Assembly (NCBI GenBank): GCA_003693705.1
Contig: RBZT01000855.1
Location: 1 to 64,000 of the forward strand
From: Polymyxa betae A26-41
Lineage: Eukaryota > Protista > Endomyxa: Phytomyxea
Direction: 5' to 3'
Length of the DNA: 64,000 nucleotides
Part shown: positions 26,874 to 39,371 of the stretch, piece by piece
Numbering within the stretch: position 1 is the stretch's first letter
How the letters are laid out: every line of letters starts with the position of its first letter
Program-made: the position numbers and the translations under genes
Notes under the pieces: model-generated
The model's input: only the letters and a program-made list of their open reading frames with translations
Told to the model about the DNA's origin: nothing
Databases searched by the model: none

Positions 26874-28891
26874 ATGCAACCTATCTGTAAATTACTTCTC
26901 GTGGTTGTCTTCTGTCTCCTGTCCTGTTTGCGTGTTGGCGCCGATTCGTCGGTCGCGCAACTTGGCTCAGTTGATTTCGACAAATTTATCTCCAATAACA
27001 AACTCGTCTTGGTGGTGAGTATCTGTTTCGCTGGTAGCTATGCTTTAGTAGTTATTCATGTACAGAACTTTTGCAATCCTGCTGAAAGAGACTGTAAGAG
27101 ACTTTCGCATGAATGGAATACAGCTGCCAAAGACAATTCCGATGAAAAGCTCAAATTTGCATGTATGCCTCATGTAACCTTGCAATTGATCTTTTTACTC
27201 ATAATAGTATAGCTGTTGACTGTGTCAAATCAAAGGATGTTTGTGACAAGTATAATATCGCTTCTTATCCAACGGTTTTGCCATTCGATTCTGGATCTCC
27301 TGTCGATATCTACGTCTCCAAGAGGCTAAAAGCATCTGGTAATTTTGGTACAATCGCGTTCTACCTTCTCTGAATGTTAACAGTTATCAATGTAATTGCT
27401 GAAGAGCTCAAGAAGCCTTCCGTTGTCAACAAACTTGGGGCTGAGGATGATGTGAAAGCCTTTATGGGTCACGGGTGGGTTGATGCTTTGAGTCTAATAT
27501 TCATCTAATATAGCTCTGCAGCACTAATCTCATAGCCTTCATCAACACTGAAGACGATGATTGCGTTGATGTTTTCAAAGCTATTGCTGATAGGCCTCCT
27601 GTTCCAGCCAGTTTTGCCACCGCCCCGACTGAAGTTTTGCCCAAAGTCTGGGATGGCCCCAAATCAAAATCCGGCCCAACCATCTTATTAAAGGCTCCAT
27701 TTCAAAAGACTCCAGTTAATCAAACTCCTGACAATTGACTAGGGCTAATATGATCTTAGGTTGCTTTCCCCGATAAAGATTGTTCGCTGGATGCCTTAAA
27801 TACTTTCATCAAGCTCGAATCATTCCCGTTGGTTGGCGCGATTTCCAATACCAACTACAATCGTAATGGGCATTTTGCATTTTCATCAACATCTCGAATA
27901 CTTATCCGTTTTTAGAATACGTTAGCCGTGGTTTGCCTATAATATGGAGCTTCCTTCAAAGCAATGATCAGCTTGAAGACAATGTTGCCATTCTTGAAGT
28001 TCGTTGCATCTTTGCATCGATGAATAGAATGTTGAATTGATGAATTTTTAGAAAGCTGCAGTAGGGTCCAAAGGCAAATTATCGTGGGTCTGGTTGGATG
28101 CTGATTCGTTCAGCCATCACGCTTCTGCGTTGGGTCTTTCAGGAGACAAATGGTGAGGTCTGAGTTTATTTTCGCTTCTCATCTCTGATTTATCGTAGGC
28201 CCGGTGTAGTGATTGATAACCAAAAGGAAAAGAAGAAGTATGTTATGTCAAGTGATGCCGATTTCACCAGCGAAAACCTTTCAAAATTCTCTACCAAGGT
28301 GATTCCTCATTTCTCCTTTAAATGGGATGTTAACTGCAAAACAGGTTCTTTCTGGGGAGATTGCTCCGACTTTGAAGTCTCAGGAAGTTCCCTCTGATGA
28401 GTCTTCCGCCTTGAAATCTGTTGTTGGAAAGACGTACGACGAGGTTGTTATCAAGTCTGACTCGGACGTCTTCCTGATGGTTCACGCTCACTGGTTAGCT
28501 TCGTGTGAATTCGCCAAATTGGTTTCTGAGCAGAGCGCTTAGGTGTGGTCACTGTCAGCGAGCTATGCCTCGTATTAACGAAACCGCCCAAATATTCGAC
28601 AAAATCGACTCTATCATGGTGGCTGTCATTGACGCCGATTTAAATGATGTCCCAATCGACTATCAAGGCTTCCCTACAATCTACTTCTTAGCTGCTGGGA
28701 AGAAGGACAAACCGATTCCGTTTCGCGGCGAACGTAATGTTCTGGGGTTCTCGAATTTTATTCTTGAACACACCACCAAGTCGGTGTCGTCATCAGATAA
28801 GGAGTCGTTGCTCGAACAAGCCAAGAATGCTGATGAACAACTAGACAAGCCCAATGAAGCCACCCCAGATGCCGAGAAAGACGAACTTTAA
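26874..28891 (+). CDS. Protein disulfide-isomerase family (a-b-b'-a'), ER-retained
   Basis: Signal peptide; VDC...KYNIASYPT; a' domain HAHWCGHCQR and GFPTIYF; C-terminal KDEL. Confidence 0.92.
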
Positions 28892-29035
28892 TTTACAGAC
28901 GCTTTCGTTGATTTTACTAAATTTGTTTTGAAGCGCATTCATCCAACACTGCATAGAAATTGACCCCTTCAGAAGTGTTTTCACTTTGAGGCTTCTGAAT
29001 TTGGGTGATTGATTTCCGTCACAACTTGTTAGGCA

Positions 29036-30098
29036 ATGTCGCAATTAGGAATCGGGTCAGCGATCGTGGTTGTCATCTGCTGCAGCGCTTATATCTGGTC
29101 GTGCTGGAGTGGTGTCAAACCAGCAATATGCCCAGCTGAGTTCATTCAATCTCCACAGAGCAGTACGCCGGAAGTCGCCTTCATTGTGCCAGCTTTGATC
29201 CAGTTGTTACAGATATCGGAATGCTGATGATTCCTTCGTTTATCCACCTATCATTGCTGCATATTCTCTTGTAAGCCGCTGTCAGAGATCCTCGGCATGG
29301 CTAACTCCCAAGCAGCAATATGTTGGCTTTTACATCAAGTTCCATTCCCCTAGAGCACGGCTTAGGGACCGCTCCCTTTCTTGGCCTCATCATTCAGCTG
29401 TCTCTGGTTAGCAACATCCTGTATATCGTTCTGGCCTATTTCATATCGGCTGCGTGGCCGGCATCGGCCGCTCTGCAGCTATGTGCTGCTGGGTTCTCGG
29501 GTGTCATCTTTGGACTCATGATGGTCGAGATTCGGTTCCGTCCCGATTCCGATTCACGAATGCAACTGGGCCCATTCTCGATCAATAAATGGCTCTATCC
29601 CTGGTAGAAGACAAAGTTCATTTTACAACATCTGACATCTACATCTCCAGGCTCATGCTAATTTCGATTCAGATTCTTATGCCGAATGTCTCATTTCTCG
29701 GACATCTTACAGGGATCTTATCTGGACTGCTTTGTAGGTGAGCATTTGGATGAAGAACATTGCTAAATGGATTATAGATTCGTTCGGGTTTATGAACTGG
29801 TTTACTGTAAGACGATCTTGGATCCGCCGCATCGAGACACGAATCGCAAACGTTGTTCAGCTCCGTTCATATATTCTGTGTCCAGAGAAATCGCTTCTTC
29901 CTGATCCCATCGTGTAATATTTCTCTTATGGAGTTTCTTTGATGATAGCTGAGACGTGATAGCAGTGATTTATCATCAATCGGGAAAAGGATGAGAAAAT
30001 GTATCAGAATGTGCAGGAACAGGAAAGCTTCCAGCCAAGGATATCGACTCAATGACGAGATCGTTGTCACTAGCACTACGCCCGAACAGCTTGTCTAA
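29036..30098 (+). CDS. Rhomboid-family intramembrane serine protease (RHBDD1/RBL14-15-like)
   Basis: HLSLLHILFNM, AGFSGVIFG (catalytic Ser), YPW, SFLGHLTGILSG (catalytic His). Confidence 0.87.
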
Positions 30099-30222
30099 AC
30101 ATTCACAATTTCAACACATTTTTTCAACTGTTTATATCAATATGACGTAATCAGAACCAACAACATGGAGCTTCAACGATGTTGGGGTGTGCCGCGATGG
30201 CGTTATCCAAATAATATAAAAT

Positions 30223-31021
30223 TTATTGAGTGTCCAGTTTTGGTAGCTGCGAGAACAACTCGAGTGCTACCGATTCGCTCGTCTTCAGATGCACCGATTG
30301 CACAGTATCCCATCCGTCTTTCAGATGCCGTACGACATCCTCCATACCCGACACAATGTTCTGTACGACCTGGGCGCTACTCTGACTGACACGTGCGATC
30401 TTGATGGTCATACAGGACCCGGCGCTCTTGAACATGTATGTGGAATCACGAGCCTTCTCCAGCTCCTTCTTGGTGTATTTCTCGTTGGAGATCCGGACCG
30501 GAACCGGTTGCTTCTTCCGGCTGAAGAACGCCTTCCCCAAGATATTGGGCAGAATAGGCAGGACGCGATCGTCCGCCACGAACAGATCGTACGAGCTGAC
30601 CAGTTCCCGTTTGTCTTTGTATTGGCTGAATTTCTGTTTCAGCTTCGAGAAACCAATCACACGTGTGTAGCCATCGATCGGATTCGTCTGCAGGCGCTCC
30701 TTGAACTCCTTCTGCGGGTCTTTGGTGATCAGACAGATCTCGCTACCATCCAGATACAACGAATGTGGGATCTCACTACACCGAATCAGAAATCGAATTT
30801 CAGAACTTCATCGCAGAATGCAATTACATGCGAATGGGTCGCGGGTTGGTTTTCTCGGGGGCCTTGAACACGTTGACGGTGAGCAGATAGAACTGGTCGT
30901 CATCAATCAGCTGAGGTTTGGCCCCAGCCGATTTCTTCTTCAAATGGCTCTGAAGGGCTTTCACAGCACGTTTGACCACAGCCGAATCCAGCGACCTGGC
31001 CTGCTCACCACATTCCAACAT
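30223..31021 (-). CDS. RSL1D1: Ribosomal L1 domain-containing protein (RSL1D1/Cic1/Utp30-like)
   Basis: VKRAVKALQSHL, PIR.IPHSL, ICLITKDPQ, SYDLFVADDRVLPILPNILGKAF, KQPVPV, HLKTSESVAL. Confidence 0.9.
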
Positions 31022-31222
31022 TTTTTCGACAAGAAATCTGTTCAGGAGCTCTGCAATCGCGTCTCGCAGTCCGTACGGAGTCCCACGAAATTTTCTAAAA
31101 AACTTTCCGAAAAACTGCGTGAACTTCCGCAACTTTTTTCACCAAAAATTTTTGCGAAAGAAGATTTTGGAAAAGTTTCGATTTTTATCCATTCGAAGGC
31201 GTCATTTTCATATCTCGGCGTC
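31022..31222. promoter_or_regulatory. Putative ~200-bp bidirectional promoter between RSL1D1 and mL54
   Basis: Divergent start codons at 31021 and 31223. The spacer is rich in AAAA/TTTT tracts such as GAAATTTT and CAAAAATTTTTG. Confidence 0.5.
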
Positions 31223-31576
31223 ATGATGGCGACAAGGGTGCGCTCTCAGCTGTGTCGTATCAGTTCACAGATTCGTAAGTGTCGCTGAGACGGATTTGAG
31301 ATGCTCATCTTGATGCTGTTGCTGTAATCAGGATGGCTGTCAGCGTCGCCGACCGAACTGCCTCCGATCCGGGTCGATTTCTTGAACATTTACGAGAACA
31401 AGCAGATTACGGTTTCAGATGAATATCCGGAATGGCTCTGGAAGATCCCGAATCTTGATAAATCACTCGGCGATCTGAAGAAATGCAATGTTGAGGAACT
31501 TGATGATCGGGACAGATCTCGTCTATTCAAGCTCCATAATCGATCAAAAATAAAATCGGCCAATAGCAACGAATAA
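31223..31576 (+). CDS. MRPL54: Mitochondrial ribosomal protein mL54 (MRPL54 / yeast MrpL37)
   Basis: Presequence-like N-terminus, one intron, LNIY...DEYPEWLW motif, terminal NRSKIKSAN. Confidence 0.8.
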
Positions 31577-31910
31577 ATAATACTTCAATACAGCTTATCT
31601 GCTATATTCATATTGTAATATTTTATTATTACGTCTTGGGCGAGTGTAACTAGAACAAGCGCGAAATTTGGAGAATCTCCTCAAGAACCCAGCGACGACC
31701 AATATCTCGTAATATTACAATCCAGTTTTTATTTGTTTAAGGAATTAAACTGATCAAAATGACATCTCACCTCCCTGCATTGCCCTTCTCAGGAAGCGCC
31801 CATCCTCAAAGAACAGAGAGACAGAGATCACAGGAAGTACCCGGGGCGGGATCGGCCACTGGGCCAGTACTGCCCGGCCGTGTCGCGCTCGTCGGAAACT
31901 GTGCCGGGAT

Positions 31911-33554
31911 ATGGCGCCGGTCTTCGTCCGTGTCGAGTTCGGCGCCGATCGACAACGTCTCGTTCGTTTATCGGATGGTCGTGATTACGACACGCTGATA
32001 TCAGTGATACGACGTCATAATCATGGTCACAATGATGCTGTTTATGTAAAGGAAGGTCCCATCAGTATACAGATCACCAACTCGATCGATCTATTACATG
32101 CCATCCATCAACATGAAGGAGATGCGCCTCTAACGCTCACATGTCGAGCGGCGCCATCCACCAAGGCCGCCGCTTCCGACACGAAACCACCCGCCGGGGT
32201 CGTGCTGGGCCACGACGACCACCCCGGAATCCTCGAACACAAATTCGCCCCGGACGAGCCGTCGCCAGCGATCGTCCCATCTGCTGTCGTCCCGCCGGCC
32301 GTACTGGCCCGTATCGGGAGCGGGGACGTGCAGGGACGTGACCAGATCCGGATCGCATTCAACGAGCTGACGCCCGGCCTGGGTGACGCATTCGCCTCGC
32401 TCATCGATTCCATGTCGCCGACAAAGGCGGCTCTGTTCATGACCGTCACGATGCCGTTCATGGCGCGGGCGGCGATACAGTCTGGATCGGCGGCACCACA
32501 GATAGCGGGCCGGGGTGCGAGCCGGGTAACGATCCCGCCCGGTCAGCTGGCGGCCGAGCTGGCCCGCGCCGTACTGGACCCCGCCTCGGACCTGTGCCGA
32601 TGGTTGGTGTTGCCTTTGACGATGCGAGCAGACGACCAACAGAGACGTCGTGCACATATGATCTTGGACTATTTCTGTCAGGTCCAGCAGCAGCAGCAGG
32701 ATGAGATGGGCCAAACCGACCCCGGAATGGTGCAAATCGCGAGATGTGCGTATGGTGATCATAGGGCTCTGACTGATCAGGATCTGACTGGATTTGATGG
32801 TGTTGTCTGGATCCCAGATGGACAGAATGGATTCCAGATTGGAGATGGGTCGTGTTCGGTCCAGGTCCGATAGGGTTTAGGGTCTCCAACACTAGACACT
32901 CAGCCGTTATAGGTCTGGCTGTTGACATGCGATCTCAGCCTGCCCGGTCTCCTGCAGGACCGTACTGGTCCCGGGCGTCTGCACCAGCATCGTCTGATTA
33001 CCCATCCGGATCTGATCGCCGTCCTGCCCCATGTGGAGCCTCTGGACGTGGGCAGCTCCTTGCTGGTATCTGGTATTCATCAATATTGGACATGGCAGGC
33101 AGTACAACAGCACTATATACCAATACGATCAGATCGACGTTTATCGCAGACTGTGATCTGGGCCCGAATTATGGCTGATAATGGCAATCCATTCCGTCTT
33201 CCCTCGATCATAGAGATTGTCAATATATTGATCTCCATACTGAGATCGACACCATCTGGACCATATCGTATCGCTATAGAACCAATACCGACCGGCGATC
33301 CACAGATGAACTTCCTCGTCATGACGTTGGCGGCATCCATCGCCGGCCGCCGCATCGTACTGGTCCGTAGCGCGGCTGGGACAAGTGTCAGCCTGGCTGA
33401 CGTCGAATCGATCGTTCCAATCCTGGCTCGTGTCACTATTGGAGAGCTATGGCGATGTATGAAGGCTATGAGGCCTGGATCCGATTCCGTATTTAGACAG
33501 CTGGCTATAAAAGTAGCTGCTCATATACCCAGATCTATTCGGCGACCTATCTAA
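31911..33554 (+). CDS. PB1-like domain fused to a degenerate poly(ADP-ribose) glycohydrolase (PARG) fold
   Basis: One intron, 32865-32911. PARG-like blocks occur in canonical order: TMPFMARAA, TIPPGQLAAELARAV, MILDYFCQV...GMVQIAR, HPDLIAVLPHVEPL...LLVSG, GDPQMNFLVMTLAASIAGR, VTIGELW. The GGG-x6-8-QEE catalytic loop is absent. Confidence 0.7.
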
Positions 33555-33720
33555 TACACTACATGATTCATAGCTGTATGAGAAAGCTCTGGTACATTGA
33601 CAGGCTTGTTTCGTGACGATATTCGTGTTAATAGACGAGGCTCATCCATCAGCTTGTTATATCGCATATTGCGTGATGTAACGCAATTACGAGGTCTGGT
33701 ATAGAGAGGCCCTGCTGGCC

Positions 33721-34890
33721 GCGTCTAGCTAAAATTCGCAGTGCGCCGAGCAGAGGTGGGCTGCGCCCCGATAACAAGAAAGTGCGCTCTCTATTTCTCA
33801 TAATTTTTGTTCTCTCGCTTTCGTTTTCAATAAAATTTCCAAAATACTTAACGCGCCGAAGCGCATTTCTAACGGAACCCGCTGAGGACATCTTATAGTC
33901 GTCGATGGTGTCATTTATCGCAAAACATGAACCGATATTTTCAAAAATTTATGAGAAAATGCCGAATAAGATCGCCTCTGGAATTGACGTCACAAGAACA
34001 AGAATGAACGCGAACCGGCATTTCCATATATTCAGACACAAACGAGATGGCCAGAGCAGGCCTCGGCGTCAGCTCGCAGTGGATGGTTTTGACAGCAATG
34101 CCGAGTAGCGAGAACATGAATAGATCCGGAATAGCTGAATAAACATAAAATTATATCTAACAGAAAAGAGATCGTAAATGGGCAGTTTGTTATCGGGATC
34201 CTACAATTTAAGACGCGATTGCCCATGCGGAAGCTTGTTATAACTTATTGAAAAATATATACCAGACTGGTATAAAATTGCTCGGACTTTAATGTCGGAG
34301 GATTACTGGATATATCCTCAGTGTATATACTAATTTTCTCAAATGTTCATTTGATTTGAGAAATTTGAGGAACCAAAAGGACTCTCTCTCGAATTAGATA
34401 TAACGCCAATTTACAAGAATCAAGTCCGTTTTGTGAATGCGAATTGATCAAATTGAATAAATCCTTTCTATTCGGAAATCTACTCTTTCCTGATTCGCAG
34501 TGTCTCGTACGAGTGGAATGATCTTGATGTATCGGACCTAGAATCTACTACGGTCGGAGTTCGTCCAGGACTCGACTGTTCTCCGTCAGACAATGAACAA
34601 GACGATCAAGGAAGTACAATCGACGAACGGGAAGTACAGACATATCATATCGTCTATCGTACAATCGAAAGCTGCCACAGCCAAATAGACATATCTCATT
34701 CGACTTCTCTGATATAAAATCTAATTGAAAATATTTGACTTACTGGACAATGGTGGGAGCCGAGCGGAACGCTGAGATACAAGTTTTTGCGTGGAGCGAC
34801 CAGAAACAGAGGTGAAGTAGTGAACGCACATTTTTAGTATGGGGGCGCAGCCCACCGCTGCTCGGCGCACTGCGAATTTTAGCTAGACGC
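33721..34890. mobile_element. Non-autonomous TIR DNA transposon, Mutator/MULE-like, 1170 bp
   Basis: 49-bp TIRs at 33721-33769 and 34842-34890 with 1 mismatch. Perfect 9-bp TSD CTGCTGGCC at 33712-33720 and 34891-34899. No transposase ORF inside. Confidence 0.92.
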
Positions 34891-35056
34891 CTGCTGGCCT
34901 CTGACAGGACGGCGGACCCCATTCCTATAATCGGACGACCCCATCACCCCACTGTATCATTTATATAGCTCTCCCTCTTTCTCTCTCAGAGCTGTTAGAC
35001 AACATTGTTCACATCATAATTCTCATTACAGTCGTGGATAGATCTGTAAACGAGCC

Positions 35057-36331
35057 ATGACCAAACCGCTGACGCCGCGAGAGCTGTCCGCCGATGAACC
35101 CATGCTGACGCCGAACCCAAACCGGTTTGTGATGTTTCCGATTCAGCACCATGAGATCTGGGAGATGTACAAAAAACATATGGCCTCATTCTGGACTGCA
35201 GAAGAAATCGATCTGGCTCAGGTCTGTATGTCATGCTATCTGCGTTTCGAATTTGGCTCTGAAGGCGTCCCCGAATAGGACCAGAAAAACTGGCATAACC
35301 TGACTGATGATGAGAGACATTTCATCAAGCACGTGTTGGCATTCTTTGCTGCGAGGTGATTTCAAGACTTCGTTTGTCATTGGTTAGTCTTATTGTCGTT
35401 CATAGTGATGGGATTGTTCTGGAGAATCTCGGACGGCGATTCATGGCCGAAGTTCAATGGCCTGAGATTCGGTGTTTCTATGGATTCCAGCTGGCCATGG
35501 AGAACATTCATTCAGAGACGTGAGAGCTTTGGGTCGCTTTACAAAGATGCCTGGCTCACTAATCTTGCAGATATTCGTTGCTGATTGATACCTATATTAA
35601 AGACCCGGTTGAGAAGACCATGCTGTTCAACGCTATCGATACGATCCCCTGTGTTCGTAAGAAAGCCGATTGGGCACTGAAATGGATCAGCGACGATTCG
35701 CCATTCGGTAGTAATGATCTGCTGCTTATAATCTGTACTGAATGTACGGATGTGTAGCGACTCGTTTGGTGGCGTTCGCCGCCGTCGAAGGCATTTTCTT
35801 TAGCGGATCGTTCTGCTCCATCTTCTGGTTGAAGAAACGTGGCCTCATGCATGGACTGTCGTTCAGCAACGAATTAATCGCTCGTGATGAAGGCCTGCAC
35901 ACCGACTTCGCCTGTCTGTTATACAGCCAGCTGGAGCACAAGCTTAATCAACAGACGGTAAATTCACAATCTGACAAAATTACCCATAATAACCATGCTG
36001 TCGAATTTAGATTCTCAACATCATTACTGAGGCAGTCGAGATTGAGAAGGAGTTCATTTGCGATTCTTTGCCCGTTGATCTGATCGGTATGAATTCGATG
36101 CTAATGTCGCAATACATCGAATGTGTCGCCGATCGACTGCTGGTGGCGCTGGGCGTAGACAAATTGTACAACACGCCGAACCCATTCGAATGGATGGACC
36201 TGATCAGCTTGCAAGGCAAGACGAATTTCTTCGAGAAACGGGTCGGTGATTATCAGAAGGCTGGCGTCATGGCCAGCGTCATGTCTCCGGATCGTTCCGC
36301 TCAACAATTCCGTCTTGACGCCGATTTCTAG
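35057..36331 (+). CDS. RRM2: Ribonucleoside-diphosphate reductase small subunit (R2)
   Basis: [84 protein letters not shown]-terminal FRLDADF. Confidence 0.97.
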
Positions 36332-36774
36332 GAGTCGTCCCATCATTGTTTTATAGGCGTCATCGTTCACCTGTTTATTAAAAACCATAATCCCTATTAA
36401 TCTCACAACGGATCAATTCCAAGTGTGTTTATCGTTCTTGGAATGTTTTCAGCGGGTCTTTCTGCTCCATCATTGAATTGTAGGGAACGGGTCAATGCGA
36501 GGGTGGTAGGTTCAGCAACGAAATCATCACTGGAATGGAGATCTGCATGACATTGATTCATTGTCGACATATTGTATTGCAGTCTTCTGCAGTACAAACT
36601 CCATACATTTGATAGATGTTGATCAATACTCCCTTCCACTATTCTATTCGGCATCGTGATCTGGGTTTCAATACATTATTCGCATGACGATGTGTTTAAA
36701 GCCCGTGATTATAGCCTGGTCCGGAAGGGAGCGGTGTCCCTAAACCGGGTCGTACCAACCCTCTGGGCCCAGAC

Positions 36775-39252
36775 ATGCCCCGATCGCCTTCATCACCGAC
36801 TTCAACAATCTGTAAAGATCTGACATCTACATTATCATATGATGCAGAACTACGCTCGAATATCCATCTAATGTCATTATCGATGAACTGTAATGCACAT
36901 CTACCTATTGATTGGTAACGATCCATGATACTGGTAATACTGGACCCCTGATACTGTCAACCAACCCAGTCTGGAGATGGAATCTATTGTCAATGATTGG
37001 AGTCGGGTTCTGGTCCTCGAACAGGTCGCCCGTAATTTCGACGAATTCGATGCCGTGCTGCGTCGTGATCTACAAGGTGATGATTTATGTCAAGATCATG
37101 GCCTTATACATCTATCATTACCTGATTATAATAGTGATCATGTAATATCATCGATCTATGCAATCCATAATGCCTGAATAATCATCTCATATATTAGTTG
37201 GTATTGGATGATGTCGTATTTAGCGAGATGTCACCGCCAGCAGAACATCTCAGCCGGGGGGACGCCCATCAACCCACCAGACCGGTTCCGAACAATCCCA
37301 GAAATGGTGGTCCAGTTCGACCTGCCGAGGCGGACGGGACGGCTGCTGTAGCGCCTGCCTTCATGACTGCCAGTGAACGGCTTGTACGTGCATAATCATG
37401 ATCGTGAATCCCTGAAATATTGAATATTTGTGTATATATAGAGATTAGATGAAGAGACTCGTCTAGGTGGACGTAAGAGAACATCAACTAATACATCACT
37501 CGGTGGTGGGGGTGCTGGGGGTGGCCCAGGGCTCAGTAAATCCGCCCTATCGAACATGAAACGTTCACGTACTGGCAGTAATCAACCAGAAACAGCAAGG
37601 TCAGTCGGGGAAGGCGGGGGCCAGTATCGCCCGATTCACAGGTCCGCTATTCTGACCTCCATACAGGGCACCAGGGCAGGCGAACAAATTGGCCACATCC
37701 GATGAGGGGGAATTCGTCATGCCGTACGTACCCGCCCTCCCTGTCCTAGTGGCAGTATCCGTCCCCCATACTGATATTGTGTAACTACAGGCCAGAACTG
37801 GAAGGATTGAATCTGTCTGTGAATCTCGTTCAAAATATCATATCGGAGATTATGGATAAAAGTCCCAGTGTACAATGGCATCATATCGGTATGGCAACGT
37901 GTGTCTAAGGGGGGGCTGGGGGGTGTATTGGACCCCAACCCAACGCCCCCATGGAACATCTGTGGGTCTGATGGGGTGCATTGGGTGTACAGCTGGTCTG
38001 GAATTCGCCAAGAAATGCATTCGCGAGATCGTAGTCTGGCCCATGTTGCGGTAAGAGCCGGGGACCGGTACCGGCCCTCCCGCATCCATCCATCCATCGC
38101 TCATGCATGACTGCAGGCCGGATCTGTTCAAGGGGTTGCGAGGTCCACCCAAGGTAACGTTGACCCGGGTTCTCCTTACACTGTATTACGTTACCAATTG
38201 TTTCGCACATGTGACACGTTTCCTGGTTCCTCTCTCTCTCTCATATCTGTAACGTTAACCTTATTGTGGTTGGTCAGGGTCTGTTACTATTCGGTCCACC
38301 TGGAACAGGTTGGTTCACGTTACCCCATTACGTTACTGCCCACTGTTTATCCGTATCTATACAGGTAAGACCATGATCGGACGTGCAATCGCCAGTGAAT
38401 GTCAGGCGACATTCTTCTCCATATCCGCCAGTTCACTAACTAGTAAATGGGTCAGTACGACCCTCCTCCTTATTGATTCACTCAATCAACCCCTACCTAC
38501 ATACAGCATGGTGAAAGTGAGAAACTGGTCCGCACCTTATTCGCTGTAGCACGTTGTTACCAGCCCGCCGTCATCTTCGTTGATGGTTGGTATTGGCCCC
38601 CCGGGGACAGTATTCCTATCCATATCTCCTACTGATTCACATCATAGAGATCGATTCGTTACTGGCGCAACGTAGTGATTCGGGTGAGTCGGAAACGTGT
38701 CACATGTGTATGCCACGTAACGTATCATGACGTTGTGTTGCAGAATTTGAAGGATCACGTCGATTAAAGACGGAATTCTTGGTCCAATTAGATGGAGCTG
38801 CTACATGTAAAGATGATCGCGTATTACTAATCGGTGCTACAAATCGCCCACAAGAACTGGATGAAGCCGCCCGGCGTCGTCTCGTCAAGCGTCTCTTCAT
38901 TCCGCTACCGAATGCCGACGCTCGTCGTGTTCTCATCCGACATCTATTGGCCGGTGAAGCCCATGAACTCGGTGATGAAGACGATGGGCGTTTGGACGAC
39001 CTCATACAGCGTACCAAGGGCTATTCCGGGGCCGATATCAACGCCCTGTGCACGGAGGCGTCGTACGGGCCCATCCGCGATCTGCCCAATATCGCCGATA
39101 TCCGACCTGATCAGGTCCGACCCATTTCCTATGACGACTTTCAGGCCGCACTGGCCGTCGTCCGAGCGAGCGTGTCGCTCTCCGATCTGGGCCAGTACCA
39201 TGATTGGAACGACCAGTTCGGATCATTCGCTATTGATCCCGTTATCACATAA
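36775..39252 (+). CDS. FIGNL1: Fidgetin-like 1 AAA+ ATPase
   Basis: FMTASERL (FxTA motif); IAGLEFAK...[32 protein letters not shown]; [10 protein letters not shown]; VIFVDEIDSLL; [14 protein letters not shown]; [15 protein letters not shown]; WNDQFGS. 5' exons less certain. Confidence 0.9.
38206..38708. repeat. Perfect 18-bp inverted repeat between two FIGNL1 introns
   Basis: cacatgtgacacgtttcc (38206-38223) is the exact reverse complement of ggaaacgtgtcacatgtg (38691-38708). Confidence 0.9.
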
Positions 39253-39371
39253 TAACACCTTCAATTATTTGTGATCTCGAATTGAATTTGAATCAGGTTT
39301 TTCAAGAATGATGGGAATCTTGTGTGATTTTTTTCAGAAATTTCGCGATTTTTTTTGAGAAATTCTCTGTA

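Noticed and set aside
30289-30867. 192-aa + strand ORF, and similar antisense ORFs such as 43218..43913 and 32130..32762
   Set aside because: Antisense shadows of real genes (RSL1D1, the zinc finger, the PARG-like gene) with no recognisable motifs.
31911-39252. PARG-like, RRM2 and FIGNL1 as a functional DNA-repair cluster
   Set aside because: Adjacency in a gene-dense eukaryote is weak evidence; no shared regulatory motif was seen.
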